A stretch of DNA of 64,000 nucleotides from Bdellovibrionota bacterium (GTDB taxonomy: Bacteria; Bdellovibrionota_C; UBA2361; CALJRW01): NCBI GenBank assembly GCA_041740355.1, contig JBGSMD010000051.1:64001-128000 (forward strand), read 5' to 3'. Within the stretch, counting starts at the first letter, position 1, and each line of letters starts with the position of its first letter. The position numbers and the translations under genes were made by a program. Shown in pieces: positions 9,995-19,906 of this stretch. Below the pieces are notes generated by a model. The model had not been told where the DNA came from and did no database searches. It was given only the letters and a program-made list of their open reading frames with translations.

Positions 9995-10143
9995 AATCCC
10001 TCCGCGGGTTTTTGTGTGATTTCCTTAGGCTCAGACTGGTGTTTTGGGAGATGTTCGGAATTATCCTTTGTAAGATACAACATCAGGATTCCTAAAAGGA
10101 TTAGGGCAATCATCTGTAATATTTCTTTAAGTTTTTGAGACAC
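9991..10143 (-). CDS. Possible 50-aa single-TM small protein
   Basis: Manual translation from GTG: VSQKLKEILQMIALILLGILMLYLTKDNSEHLPKHQSEPKEITQKPAEGF*; TTGA stop/start overlap with downstream ORF. Confidence 0.35.
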   Translation of the reverse strand: MSQKLKEILQMIALILLGILMLYLTKDNSEHLPKHQSEPKEITQKPAEGF

Positions 10144-10421
10144 AGTTCTGTTCTTTATTGTTTTAGATCCTAGATGAAAATTAAATTGACCGTTTTAAAA
10201 TCTGTCGGCTAGCATCTCAAGCACTAAGTGTTTGGAGCAATCCTAAGGAACGCTTAGGTTAAAAAGCCTATCAGATAAGCATTTTAACTGGGGAAAACAC
10301 ATATACTAAAACTCGATAGGCGTAATCAGTTACTAGCTTTTTTCCAACCAGTTCGGTAGAACTTAGTGGGTATTAGTACATTACATACTATAACAGAAAA
10401 AATAAATCATCCTTCGGCAAT

Positions 10422-11915
10422 ATGTTCATATTACAGAAACTAAAAGATTATTGGATCCATTGCTTACTGTTAATATTAAGCTTCTGCTACAATGGGTACA
10501 TTGCGTCCGAAAGACTGATTACAAGAGATGAAGGCTTTTATCTTTATGCCAGTCAGTTAGTGTCACAAGGGCTACACACCTACCAAGACTTCTTCTACCC
10601 TCAGATGCCTTTACTACCCCTGATTTATAGTTTGTTTTTTAAAATCTTTGGGTCAAGTTGGGAAAATGCGCGCCTACTTAATGCCTTTTTTGCCAGCTGT
10701 TTAGGAATCACAATTTTTAGCTATGTAAAATTGAAATTTAAATTAAGCTATGCCCTGCTAGCATTGTTACTTTTTCTAACTTCTAATTATACGATAGCTT
10801 GGCTAAGTGTTTCCCAAACATATGCGCCAGCACTTCTTTGCTTGCTAATCAGCTTTTATTATTTAAGCCGTGGTAAATTGTCACAGGTTGATGTGATGAC
10901 CGCGGCTGCCTTCTTGGCTTATGCTGTTCAAATTCGTTTATTCTTCGTCGCAATTATTCCAATTTACCTGGGGGCATTAATCTTTAACTCCAAATCATTC
11001 TCCGACAAGCAAAAGGATTTGCTTATTTTCATCGGCGTAATGTTAGTTTTTTCAATTCCAACATTATCTTTAGCGTGGTCTAACTGGGACTCTTTTTATT
11101 TTAACAATTTAGGCTATCACTTAGATCGAAGCAACCTCTCAGCTGCCGATGTTACTGCTAATAAATTACAAGTTTTTCTTGTTACATTGGGACTCACTCC
11201 AACACTCAAATTCTCTGCTTGGCAGTTACCACTATTAATTTACTGCTCAACAGCAGCGACAATATTTATTTTCATCAAAGATCGTCGAGTTCCATTAGCA
11301 TTTATCTTAATGACTAGTTTATTTTTCTTAAATCTTTTGCCGAACCCTGTTTATGTCCAATATTTTGCAACATTATTACCTTTTGCAATAATTGGTGCAG
11401 TTACGCTAATCTCTTTAATTCCTAAAAACTCCCTGAAAATTGGACTGACAATCCTATTGCTCGCTATTTATTTTTATCAATTACCAGCAGATTACCTGCG
11501 CCATCTTAAAACTGGAGAAAACCTAATTGGGATTATGAATCAAAATCAAGCCGATCATTATAATTTAAAGAATCTAAAAGTAATTACAAAAAACCTTCAA
11601 GTAGCATGTGATGCTAAACAAGAAGTAATTGGATTTTGGCCAGGCTACCTGGTTGGCACAAGCTGTCGTGCTTACCCTGGCACTGAAAATCATTTCGGAA
11701 TCCAAATTGCTGACAAACTTACTTTAGAGCAACAAACAAAATATTTAGTACTAAGTAATCAGAGGATAAATCAAGCCATCTTGGACGAGAAAGCTCCCCT
11801 TGTCCTCCTTGGTAAAAGAGAAGAGAATAGCGTCAAGCTCCGACAGCTTCTAGACCAAGCTAAGTATCAAAGCATCTGGAAAGATGCAGGAGTCGAATTA
11901 TTTGAAAGAAGCTAA
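10422..11915 (+). CDS. ArnT/PMT-like (GT-C) membrane glycosyltransferase
   Basis: DEGFY...G...YQDFFYPQMPL motif, multiple TM helices, periplasmic C-domain. Confidence 0.8.
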   Translation: MFILQKLKDYWIHCLLLILSFCYNGYIASERLITRDEGFYLYASQLVSQGLHTYQDFFYPQMPLLPLIYSLFFKIFGSSWENARLLNAFFASCLGITIFSYVKLKFKLSYALLALLLFLTSNYTIAWLSVSQTYAPALLCLLISFYYLSRGKLSQVDVMTAAAFLAYAVQIRLFFVAIIPIYLGALIFNSKSFSDKQKDLLIFIGVMLVFSIPTLSLAWSNWDSFYFNNLGYHLDRSNLSAADVTANKLQVFLVTLGLTPTLKFSAWQLPLLIYCSTAATIFIFIKDRRVPLAFILMTSLFFLNLLPNPVYVQYFATLLPFAIIGAVTLISLIPKNSLKIGLTILLLAIYFYQLPADYLRHLKTGENLIGIMNQNQADHYNLKNLKVITKNLQVACDAKQEVIGFWPGYLVGTSCRAYPGTENHFGIQIADKLTLEQQTKYLVLSNQRINQAILDEKAPLVLLGKREENSVKLRQLLDQAKYQSIWKDAGVELFERS

Positions 11916-12052
11916 GATACTAAAATCCATTAAGAATTGACCTGACTGCTTGGTAAAATGCAGGATGAATTTTTCAGTTTATTAGGGTTTTATTATATTT
12001 CGTCGGTATTACTCCAATTGAGATAATAATTTACGTAAAGGAAAAAAATAAA

Positions 12053-13111
12053 ATGACTAACACAAAAGCTTATGCCGCCTTCGAAGCAAAAAGTGACCTT
12101 AAGCCCTTCTCTTTAGAACGTCGAAATCCTACTGATCAAGATGTACAAATTGAAATTTTATATTGTGGTGTTTGCCACTCCGACTTACACACTGCTCTTG
12201 GTGAATGGCCAGGAAGTGTTTATCCGGTTGTTCCAGGACATGAGATTGTTGGTCGGGTTACAACTTTAGGTTCAAAAGTTAGTAACTTTAAAATCGGTGA
12301 ATTAGTCGGAGTTGGTTGCTTAGTTGATTCCTGTCAAGACTGCGCCAGTTGCAATGAAGGATATGAACAATTTTGTGACCAAGGTGGAATGGTATTCACT
12401 TACAATAGTCCTGACAAACATTTGCCTGGTAAAATGACCTATGGTGGCTACTCGACAGAAATAGTTGTAAATCAAAAATTTGTTCTAAAGGTTTCTGATA
12501 AACTGGATGCGGCCGCTGTTGCTCCACTACTTTGCGCCGGTATTACGACATATTCCCCACTTCGTCATTGGAAAGTTGGTAAAGGACAAAAAGTTGGGAT
12601 TGTTGGGCTCGGAGGGCTTGGGCATATGGGTCTTAAATTTGCTCATGCCTTTGGCGCAGAAACAGTTTTATTTACGACTTCCGAAAGTAAAATAGCCGAT
12701 GCTAAAAGATTTGGAGCAGATCATGTGGTGATTTCTAAAAACCAAGATCAAATGAACAAGCATGCCAATAGTTTTGATTTTATTTTAAATACAGTTGCTG
12801 CCTCACACAACTTGGATGATTATACTGCATTATTAAAGAGAGACGGAACTATGTGTTTAGTTGGTGTTCCCGAACATGCCCATCCAAGTCCAAATGTTGG
12901 TAATTTAATTTTTCGTCGTCGTAGTATTGCTGGTTCATTAATTGGTGGCATTAAAGAAACTCAAGAAATGTTAGATTTCTGTGCGGAACATAATATTGTT
13001 TCTGATATTGAAATGATTTCCATGTCGGAAATTAACGAAGCTTATACACGGATGGTTAAAAGTGATGTTAAGTATCGATTTGTGATCGATCTGGCATCAC
13101 TAAAGAATTAG
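12053..13111 (+). CDS. Zn-dependent NAD(P) alcohol/aldehyde dehydrogenase (CAD/YahK family)
   Basis: CGVCHSD, GHE, four-Cys structural Zn site, GLGGLG, VKYRFVID. Confidence 0.93.
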   Translation: MTNTKAYAAFEAKSDLKPFSLERRNPTDQDVQIEILYCGVCHSDLHTALGEWPGSVYPVVPGHEIVGRVTTLGSKVSNFKIGELVGVGCLVDSCQDCASCNEGYEQFCDQGGMVFTYNSPDKHLPGKMTYGGYSTEIVVNQKFVLKVSDKLDAAAVAPLLCAGITTYSPLRHWKVGKGQKVGIVGLGGLGHMGLKFAHAFGAETVLFTTSESKIADAKRFGADHVVISKNQDQMNKHANSFDFILNTVAASHNLDDYTALLKRDGTMCLVGVPEHAHPSPNVGNLIFRRRSIAGSLIGGIKETQEMLDFCAEHNIVSDIEMISMSEINEAYTRMVKSDVKYRFVIDLASLKN

Positions 13112-13191
13112 TTATTTTTTAGAATTCAATTTTTGCTAAATCCATATTTTTTAGGTTACAGTAGCGTAAATTAGAATTGTAAATAGGAATT

Positions 13192-14541
13192 ATGACTGTA
13201 AAAATTATTGGAGCAGGACTTGCTGGAAGCGAGGCAGCTTGGCAATTAGTAAAACGAAATATCCCGGTAAAAATTTTTGAAATGCGTCCGACAGTTTCTA
13301 CTAAAGCCCATCATACGGGACTTTGCGCGGAACTAGTTTGCTCTAATTCACTTAAAAATTCCAAACTAGATAATGCGGCTGGCTTGATGAAAGAAGAGAT
13401 GCGGCTTTTAGGTTCATTAATCTTAGAAGCTGCTGCCTTTGCCGAAGTTCCAGCCGGAGGTGCCTTAGCTGTCGATCGATTAGTATTTGCCGAGTACATC
13501 GATCAAAAAATTAAAAGTCATCCCCTAATTACTTTTGTAGAAAAAGAATTGCAAGAAATTCCGGAATCAAGTTTAGAAAACCCTGTTATTATTGCAACGG
13601 GGCCGCTTACTTCCAAAGCAATGACAAATTCTATTGCTAAGCTAATTGATTCTCCGAACTTAGCTTTTTTTGATGCAATTGCACCAATCTTTTTTAGGGA
13701 ATCACTGGATTTAAATTTACTATTTAAAATGTCTCGCTACGGTAAAGGTGGTGACGATTATTACAACATTCCCTTAGAGAAAGATCATTACAATTCCTTT
13801 ATTGATCAAATTATCCAAGCCGAAAAGTACAGCGGGAATCAATTAGTGGAGAGTGACTCCCCCGAGGAATTGCGTCCTTTTGAAGGTTGTATGCCGATTG
13901 AAGATATTATTTTAAGAGGAAGAGAAACACTTCGCCATGGACCATTAAAACCAAAAGGCCTGATTGATCCACGAACAGACAGACCTCCTTACGCCGCAGT
14001 CCAACTGCGACAAGACGATCTGCAAGGAAATACTTGGAGTATGGTAGGCATGCAAACTCGGATGAAACGCCATGAACAGGAACGAATTATTCGTCAGCTA
14101 CCAGGAATGGAAAATGCCGAATTTGTTCGCTACGGTTCATTCCATCGCAATACTTTTATTGACTCACCAAATTGCTTAAATGCGACTTTAGAACTTCGTA
14201 AAAAACCAGGGTTGTTTTTTGCAGGGCAAATCAATGGAACTGAAGGCTACATTGAATCGGCAATTGGAGGAATTCTGGCTGGAATTAATGCAGCCCGACG
14301 AATACAAAATCTGGAGCCAGTAATCTTACCAATTGAAACCGCAGGTGGGAGTATCTTTAATTATATTAGCGACCCTACTCGCAAAGACTTTCAACCAATG
14401 AATATAACTTACGGAGTAATGCCTAGTTATCATCAGCTTCTGGCCGAATTTCCAAAGATGAATAAACACGACAAGCGAATGCGATGTAGTAACCAGGCAC
14501 TCGATACTTTAAAAACTTTTATCTCTGCGAATAATATTTAA
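13192..14541 (+). CDS. trmFO: tRNA m5U54 methyltransferase TrmFO
   Basis: GAGLAGSEAAWQ, AELVCSNS, VPAGGALAVDR, FEGCMPIE, GPLKP, AGQ..G.EGY. Confidence 0.95.
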   Translation: MTVKIIGAGLAGSEAAWQLVKRNIPVKIFEMRPTVSTKAHHTGLCAELVCSNSLKNSKLDNAAGLMKEEMRLLGSLILEAAAFAEVPAGGALAVDRLVFAEYIDQKIKSHPLITFVEKELQEIPESSLENPVIIATGPLTSKAMTNSIAKLIDSPNLAFFDAIAPIFFRESLDLNLLFKMSRYGKGGDDYYNIPLEKDHYNSFIDQIIQAEKYSGNQLVESDSPEELRPFEGCMPIEDIILRGRETLRHGPLKPKGLIDPRTDRPPYAAVQLRQDDLQGNTWSMVGMQTRMKRHEQERIIRQLPGMENAEFVRYGSFHRNTFIDSPNCLNATLELRKKPGLFFAGQINGTEGYIESAIGGILAGINAARRIQNLEPVILPIETAGGSIFNYISDPTRKDFQPMNITYGVMPSYHQLLAEFPKMNKHDKRMRCSNQALDTLKTFISANNI

Positions 14542-14542
14542 A

Positions 14543-14875
14543 ATGGATACACAGAAAACTTCCCCGACAACATTTAATTGGTTTCGAAAAATTGCTTATA
14601 TCGAAGGTTGGTCCTACTTATTATTACTAGGCATCGCTATGCCACTAAAGTATTTTGCAGGCTACCCATTTGCAGTTAAAATTGTAGGGGCACTTCACGG
14701 CATGCTATTTGTGGTCATGGCATTACTAGGAATACTAGTGCTCATTCAGTACAAAAAAAATATCCTTTGGCTAGCAAAAGCCTTTATTGCTTCAATTATA
14801 CCTTTTGGTACTTTCTACCAAGATCGTGAATGGAAAAATGAAGTAAATAGCCTAATTCCAAAAAAAACTAGCTAA
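14543..14875 (+). CDS. DUF3817 family membrane protein
   Basis: FR.IAYIEGWSYLLLLGIAMPLKY, G.LHG, ASIIPFGTF. Confidence 0.85.
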   Translation: MDTQKTSPTTFNWFRKIAYIEGWSYLLLLGIAMPLKYFAGYPFAVKIVGALHGMLFVVMALLGILVLIQYKKNILWLAKAFIASIIPFGTFYQDREWKNEVNSLIPKKTS

Positions 14876-14952
14876 ATTACAATAAAATTAGCCTAAAGTT
14901 CTATAGCTATTTCACCGAATACTATTAAGTTAATTATTTTTAGGAGTAGCCA

Positions 14953-15384
14953 ATGGGGATTACAACAGAAGTACAAAAAGCACCTGACATAGCGGCTTTT
15001 TATCGCAATGCACCTGGCACAGACCACGTAAATAAACTGGAAAAAGCAGGGAATTCTTCAACAGAAGATTTATTTTTTAGTGCTTCTCGCCAAAGGACAG
15101 ATGCTTTAAAGAATCTGGTCGAAGTTGGACGAATCTTAATTGTAGATGATGGAAATCGTCTTCAAAAAGGTAATGTTGTTGAAGTTAGACTATCAGAGAG
15201 AAGTGACCATCAATATAAACTGAGAGTTTTAGAAAATGCCGGGACAGCCTCTGGCGATAAAGTCTCTTGGGTGCATGTTCGACCTAACACCACAGTAAAT
15301 GGACATGCTCCTAATTTTGATAGCTATTTACTAGAAACAGTTATGGCCGCAAAAACAGCAGCTGCTGTATTGAAAGCTAGTTAA
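14953..15384 (+). CDS. Hypothetical protein
   Basis: 143 aa, AGGAG RBS upstream. Confidence 0.65.
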   Translation: MGITTEVQKAPDIAAFYRNAPGTDHVNKLEKAGNSSTEDLFFSASRQRTDALKNLVEVGRILIVDDGNRLQKGNVVEVRLSERSDHQYKLRVLENAGTASGDKVSWVHVRPNTTVNGHAPNFDSYLLETVMAAKTAAAVLKAS

Positions 15385-15455
15385 GACTAGTTAGTAAGCA
15401 AGTTAGCTTAAGATCAACATCTATACTATAAAAGGTCGAGCTCTATCTTTCTATC

Positions 15456-16730
15456 TTGATGTTAACGCGTGATTTTTTAAAGTTACTAGGCAAAGCAACA
15501 ATTGCACTTACGGCACCACCTGTCACAACTTCCGCATTAAAATCTACAATCTTTCCAGCAATTGCAGAACTATTTCCTAAGGATTTACTAGATAGTTTTC
15601 TAGATTATAAACTTGTTAGATCTTTAAGACTTGGACAAAAAGAAACGGATCCACACCCTTATGAAGCATTAGAAAAGGCTTCTCGAAACATTACAGATTT
15701 GCTCGACTGTATTCAAAATCCAAGTCCCACAAAATATCGCTTTATTCCCCCTAATTTTCGCTTATTACAACTTCTCGGAAGTGAGTCACTTTGGGGAAGA
15801 GGTTTGTCAGAAAAGATATCATTAGAAGCATGGGCTCAATTTGGAGAAGCCGTTGAAAATCATGTGAAGTCAGTAAAAAGTCTGCCGGATCTCGAATTAC
15901 TAAAGTTATTTCCGGAAACTAAATCGGAAGCAAAACGTAAATTGAACTTGTCTGAATTTGAAGACCCACTTTTACTCAAAATGGCTGAATTACATCGAGA
16001 GAAAGTTATGGGAAAGGATGGAGTGGCATCAGGAATTAGAACTTTAATTGGATATCGACAAGAATTTAATCAGGGGATACGCCCAACACTAACCGGGATT
16101 AATGCCATTCTAAATTCTGATCCAACTGGCTTATTTGCCAAGAATCCAGATGCATTAGCTTTACTGCAACATCTGCAGGAATTTGGATTTAGTCCTTTCC
16201 CTGTTGGGAGTCGTCTGGCTCAAATTCAGTCAATCGCCAGAGCTTTTCGACAGTTCAATTCCCTACAAGGTAAAAAAGCACTTTTTGAAAAGCAAAAAAC
16301 TTTAGCAGAGCAATTATACAAAGAAAGCAAGGAATTAGGATTTGATCTACCACTCGATGAAACAATTAATTCTGCTCGATTCAGTAGTCAATTTGAAGAC
16401 CACCAGTCACGTTCCACTCGCCCCGGACGGAAGAATCCTTCCTACCAGAATGATATCTTACATCGCGAAGGCTTTATTGAAGATCTATATCTAATTTACA
16501 ACTTTACTCCACAAGGTCCGATTGTGAATATTCTAATGGCAAATCGCCAAGAATTTCGCCCGCTTCACGTCCAGTTTAGCGCTTTATCAATAGGTGTTAT
16601 TATGGATGCTCTGTGGGAGAACCTTGAACCGGAAAAACTCTTGAGTAAAGAAACACTACTTTTAAAGATGCATTGCAACTTAAATGAAATTATTATTGAA
16701 GCAAGCGAAATTGGCAATTTTCGTTGTTAG
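15456..16730 (+). CDS. Hypothetical protein with degenerate Tat-like N-terminus
   Basis: 424 aa; LTRDFLKLLG resembles SRRxFLK but has a single Arg. Confidence 0.6.
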   Translation: MMLTRDFLKLLGKATIALTAPPVTTSALKSTIFPAIAELFPKDLLDSFLDYKLVRSLRLGQKETDPHPYEALEKASRNITDLLDCIQNPSPTKYRFIPPNFRLLQLLGSESLWGRGLSEKISLEAWAQFGEAVENHVKSVKSLPDLELLKLFPETKSEAKRKLNLSEFEDPLLLKMAELHREKVMGKDGVASGIRTLIGYRQEFNQGIRPTLTGINAILNSDPTGLFAKNPDALALLQHLQEFGFSPFPVGSRLAQIQSIARAFRQFNSLQGKKALFEKQKTLAEQLYKESKELGFDLPLDETINSARFSSQFEDHQSRSTRPGRKNPSYQNDILHREGFIEDLYLIYNFTPQGPIVNILMANRQEFRPLHVQFSALSIGVIMDALWENLEPEKLLSKETLLLKMHCNLNEIIIEASEIGNFRC

Positions 16731-17419
16731 ATTTTGCTTGCCAAATAGCAGTTTACAATTTGAAATGTGTATGTCTGATGCTTTAGGTTCTTAAAACCGT
16801 TTTGAGTTAAGATTTCTTGAAACTCTTTACCAGCAGGGAAGGCCTTAGCTGTTTCCGGTAAATACTCGTAGGCCGAGCGATTTCCAGTTAACAATTTGCC
16901 AATGAAAGGCATGATAAACTTAGAATAAAATAAGTAAAAAGGCGCAAACCAATTCTTTGGTTTTCCAAATTCTAGTATTAATATTTTCCCTCCAGGCTTA
17001 ATCACCCGATGAACTTCTTTTAAGCCCGAATTCAAGTTAGCAAAATTTCTTACTCCATATGCAATCGTGACAACATCAAAAGAATTATCAGCAAAAGATA
17101 AATTTAAGGCATCATCCACTTTTAATTTTAGATTAGGATATAACTCTGGGGGAAAGCGCTTGGCAGCAAATTCCAACATTTCCGGACAGAAATCTGCTCC
17201 TGTTACCTGACCGAATTTTTTGAGTAATTTTTTAAGTAAGGCGCCAGTTCCTGTACACAGATCCAAACAACTTGCTACTTTATTATCAGCAAGCATAGTT
17301 AAGGCTTGATTCTCCCAGTAGCGATGACAGCCAAGACTGAGCACATCGTTACTAAGGTCATAACGACCCGCAATATCTGCAAACATTGATTTTACCAGTT
17401 GAGGATTTTTATCAGTCAT
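16727..17419 (-). CDS. menG: Demethylmenaquinone/ubiquinone methyltransferase (MenG/UbiE); start probably 17419 rather than 17452
   Basis: MF..IA.RYD..ND.LS.G.H..W, LDLCTGTG, AYGVRN, EVHRVIKPGG, AYEYLPET. Confidence 0.9.
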   Translation of the reverse strand: MTDKNPQLVKSMFADIAGRYDLSNDVLSLGCHRYWENQALTMLADNKVASCLDLCTGTGALLKKLLKKFGQVTGADFCPEMLEFAAKRFPPELYPNLKLKVDDALNLSFADNSFDVVTIAYGVRNFANLNSGLKEVHRVIKPGGKILILEFGKPKNWFAPFYLFYSKFIMPFIGKLLTGNRSAYEYLPETAKAFPAGKEFQEILTQNGFKNLKHQTYTFQIVNCYLASKI

Positions 17420-17434
17420 TGCTATTATGCTTAT

Positions 17435-18256
17435 ATGAATCAACTTCGCCAAAAAATAACTAGCTATCTTTTAAACAATAATTTGTTTTTTGTCGAAATT
17501 ATTGCGCTAGCCCTACCAATATTAATGTTTAGTGTGCGAAACGATGCTGTTATTGACCTGATTTTAATAAAAAACTTACTATTTATTTGGATATCTTTAC
17601 TCAGTATTCAAATTCTTGCCCCTGCTATCTATAAGGCATATGAGCCAAATTCAAAATTTAAAAAAGAATCCTTACTTAAAAAAATAGAATTTTATTTTAA
17701 GATTTTATTCTTCTTTGCTTTAATCGTAGTCAGCACTAAGTTACTCAAAAACTATCTTAGTCCTCATAATTTTACATTATTATTAATAACATTATTTCTA
17801 AAGATTTTAGTTATTAAATCTAGACTAGATAGTTTCTCCATTTTGAAAATTGCTATAATTCGTTTTTGCCTCCTTACTACTTTGTCCTTTTTAGCCTCAT
17901 TAGTTTTTCTCGAGCTAATCTTACTTCCAGCAAGCTTACTAGCCATCAGCGTGGGTTGCCTACTTACTGGATTCTCACTAATAGATCTTTATCTTCCAAG
18001 CAAAAATTGCTCGGCTAAAACATTAAGACTTCCTGGTATGTTTTATTTACTCCATGCTGGTCTGCAATCAATCTATGTAATCTTGGAACTAACATACCCC
18101 TGGCATTTTTTAGGACTGTTTTTGACTCCGCTAATTGTTAAAATGACACCAATTCCGAATTCTGAAATATCGCTACAAATTCTGAATAAGTTCCTCAGAT
18201 TAAACATATTAGTCTTTGTCCTTTTTCTTGGAATTATGCTATTTATGAAAGGCTAA
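17435..18256 (+). CDS. Hypothetical polytopic membrane protein (ATG at 17435)
   Basis: Many hydrophobic segments; no family motif recognised. Confidence 0.6.
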   Translation: MNQLRQKITSYLLNNNLFFVEIIALALPILMFSVRNDAVIDLILIKNLLFIWISLLSIQILAPAIYKAYEPNSKFKKESLLKKIEFYFKILFFFALIVVSTKLLKNYLSPHNFTLLLITLFLKILVIKSRLDSFSILKIAIIRFCLLTTLSFLASLVFLELILLPASLLAISVGCLLTGFSLIDLYLPSKNCSAKTLRLPGMFYLLHAGLQSIYVILELTYPWHFLGLFLTPLIVKMTPIPNSEISLQILNKFLRLNILVFVLFLGIMLFMKG

Positions 18257-18258
18257 AT

Positions 18259-18325
18259 CCCCTACTTCGCTAAAATATCCACCTTTGCGGAAGCCATGGC
18301 TGACGACGAGGTGGAGAAGTCGAAG
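18259..18325. repeat. Degenerate GC-rich REP-like hairpin upstream of glyQS
   Basis: TCCACCT/AGGTGGA and ACTTC/GAAGT arms; CCTACTTCGCTAAA resembles the reverse complement of TTTAGCGTAGACGG at 50742-50755. Confidence 0.4.
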
Positions 18326-18367
18326 AAAAGGACTGTTCCTAAATTTACCAAGCTTTTTTAATTATTT

Positions 18368-19900
18368 ATGACTACTAAACCAGAAATTACTGACAAACTT
18401 GATAAGATTGTTTCGCTCTGTAAGCGACGAGGCTTTATTTTCCAAAGCAGTGAAATATATGGTGGTTTAAAATCAGCCTATGACTATGGCCCACTTGGTG
18501 TTGAATTAAAAAGAAACATCGCTAGCGAATGGTGGAGATCAATGGTTCATGAGCGTGAAGATATTGTGGGAATTGATGCCTCGATCATGATGCATCCAAA
18601 AGTATGGCAAGCAAGTGGACACGCAGCAGGATTTAGCGATCCACTTGTCGATTGTTTAAACTGCAAAGAAAGGTTTCGAGCGGACAAAGCTCCACAGATT
18701 GCACCAGGAACTGCTATTGAATTTAAAATCGGTGGTAAGGAAAAGGGTGAGCTAAAAAAATCAGTAGTTGGTCCTCAAGGTTATGTATGTCCGCTTTGTA
18801 ATTGCTCCGAGCTTTCTGCCGAAAGGGATTTTAACCTAATGTTTTCTACTTCGATTGGGCCTGTCAGTCCAATGGATCAATTTATTACTGAAATTGAGAA
18901 CAAACCCTTAACGCGACAGGAGCTGAAAGAATTACTTGAAGAATCAGTAAGTCGCACTAGAACTTACTTAAGACCAGAAACTGCCCAAGCAATGTTTGTG
19001 CAATTCTTAAATGTTCAACAAACACAAGCAATGAAAATTCCTTTTGGAATTGCGCAACAAGGAAAGTCTTTTAGGAATGAGATAACAACTGAGAAGTATA
19101 TATTCCGAACTTGTGAATTTGAGCAAATGGAAATGGAATACTTCATTGAACCTGGCACCCATGTTGAATCAATTGCTTATTGGAAGGAAGAACGACTTAG
19201 TTGGTGGAAAAAATTTGCTAATTATCCAGAGGATTTTGCCCTGCGTCAACATGAGCCAGATGAACTTGCGCACTACTCTTATGATTGCTACGACGTGGAA
19301 TATCAATACCCGTGGGGATTTGATGAATTAGAGGGTGTTGCCTCCAGAACAGACTATGACCTTAAAAAACACACCGAGTACTCTGGGGTAAAGCTGACCT
19401 ATTTTGATCAAAACAAAAACGATCCGGAAACTGGTAAACCAGGTTGGAGATATGTTCCCTATGTTATTGAACCCGCCGCTGGACTAACCAGAGGTGTGCT
19501 TTGTTACTTACTTGATGCCTACACCGAAGAACATGGAACAGATGCTGATGGTCAGGAGAAACAAAGAGTTGTTCTCAAGTTACATCCTAGATTTGCACCA
19601 ATTAAAGTTGCCGTGTTACCACTATTAAAAAAAGATGGACTACCAGAACAAGCACGGGAAATCGTCAGTCGTTTTTTCAATGCGGGAATTAATGCTAAAT
19701 ATGACGAGCAACATTCGATTGGAAAACGTTATGCTAAACATGATGAAATTGGAACGCCCTATTGCATTACAGTTGATCATCAAAGTTTAGAAGATTTCAC
19801 TGTTACTATTCGAGATCGCGATACTACCAAGCAAGTTAGAGTACCAATGGCCGAAGCGCTAAAAACTGTAACTGATAGACTAACCCTACTTCAAAAATAA
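18368..19900 (+). CDS. glyQS: Glycine--tRNA ligase, alpha2 type
   Basis: KRRGF..SSEIYGG..YDYGP, YLRPETAQ, GKSFRNEI, EFEQME, ELEG.ASRTDYDL, anticodon domain. Confidence 0.96.
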   Translation: MTTKPEITDKLDKIVSLCKRRGFIFQSSEIYGGLKSAYDYGPLGVELKRNIASEWWRSMVHEREDIVGIDASIMMHPKVWQASGHAAGFSDPLVDCLNCKERFRADKAPQIAPGTAIEFKIGGKEKGELKKSVVGPQGYVCPLCNCSELSAERDFNLMFSTSIGPVSPMDQFITEIENKPLTRQELKELLEESVSRTRTYLRPETAQAMFVQFLNVQQTQAMKIPFGIAQQGKSFRNEITTEKYIFRTCEFEQMEMEYFIEPGTHVESIAYWKEERLSWWKKFANYPEDFALRQHEPDELAHYSYDCYDVEYQYPWGFDELEGVASRTDYDLKKHTEYSGVKLTYFDQNKNDPETGKPGWRYVPYVIEPAAGLTRGVLCYLLDAYTEEHGTDADGQEKQRVVLKLHPRFAPIKVAVLPLLKKDGLPEQAREIVSRFFNAGINAKYDEQHSIGKRYAKHDEIGTPYCITVDHQSLEDFTVTIRDRDTTKQVRVPMAEALKTVTDRLTLLQK

Positions 19901-19906
19901 ATTACT

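Noticed and set aside
9994-10010. AAAATCCCTCCGCGGGTTTT resembling hairpin H2 of the element
   Set aside because: The H1, H3 and linker sequences are absent, and it lies in the 3' end of a plausible small ORF.
18257-18367. T-box or glycine riboswitch upstream of glyQS (likewise a thr leader before thrA)
   Set aside because: The region is too short and lacks T-box, aptamer or Thr-rich leader motifs; it is better explained as a REP-like remnant.
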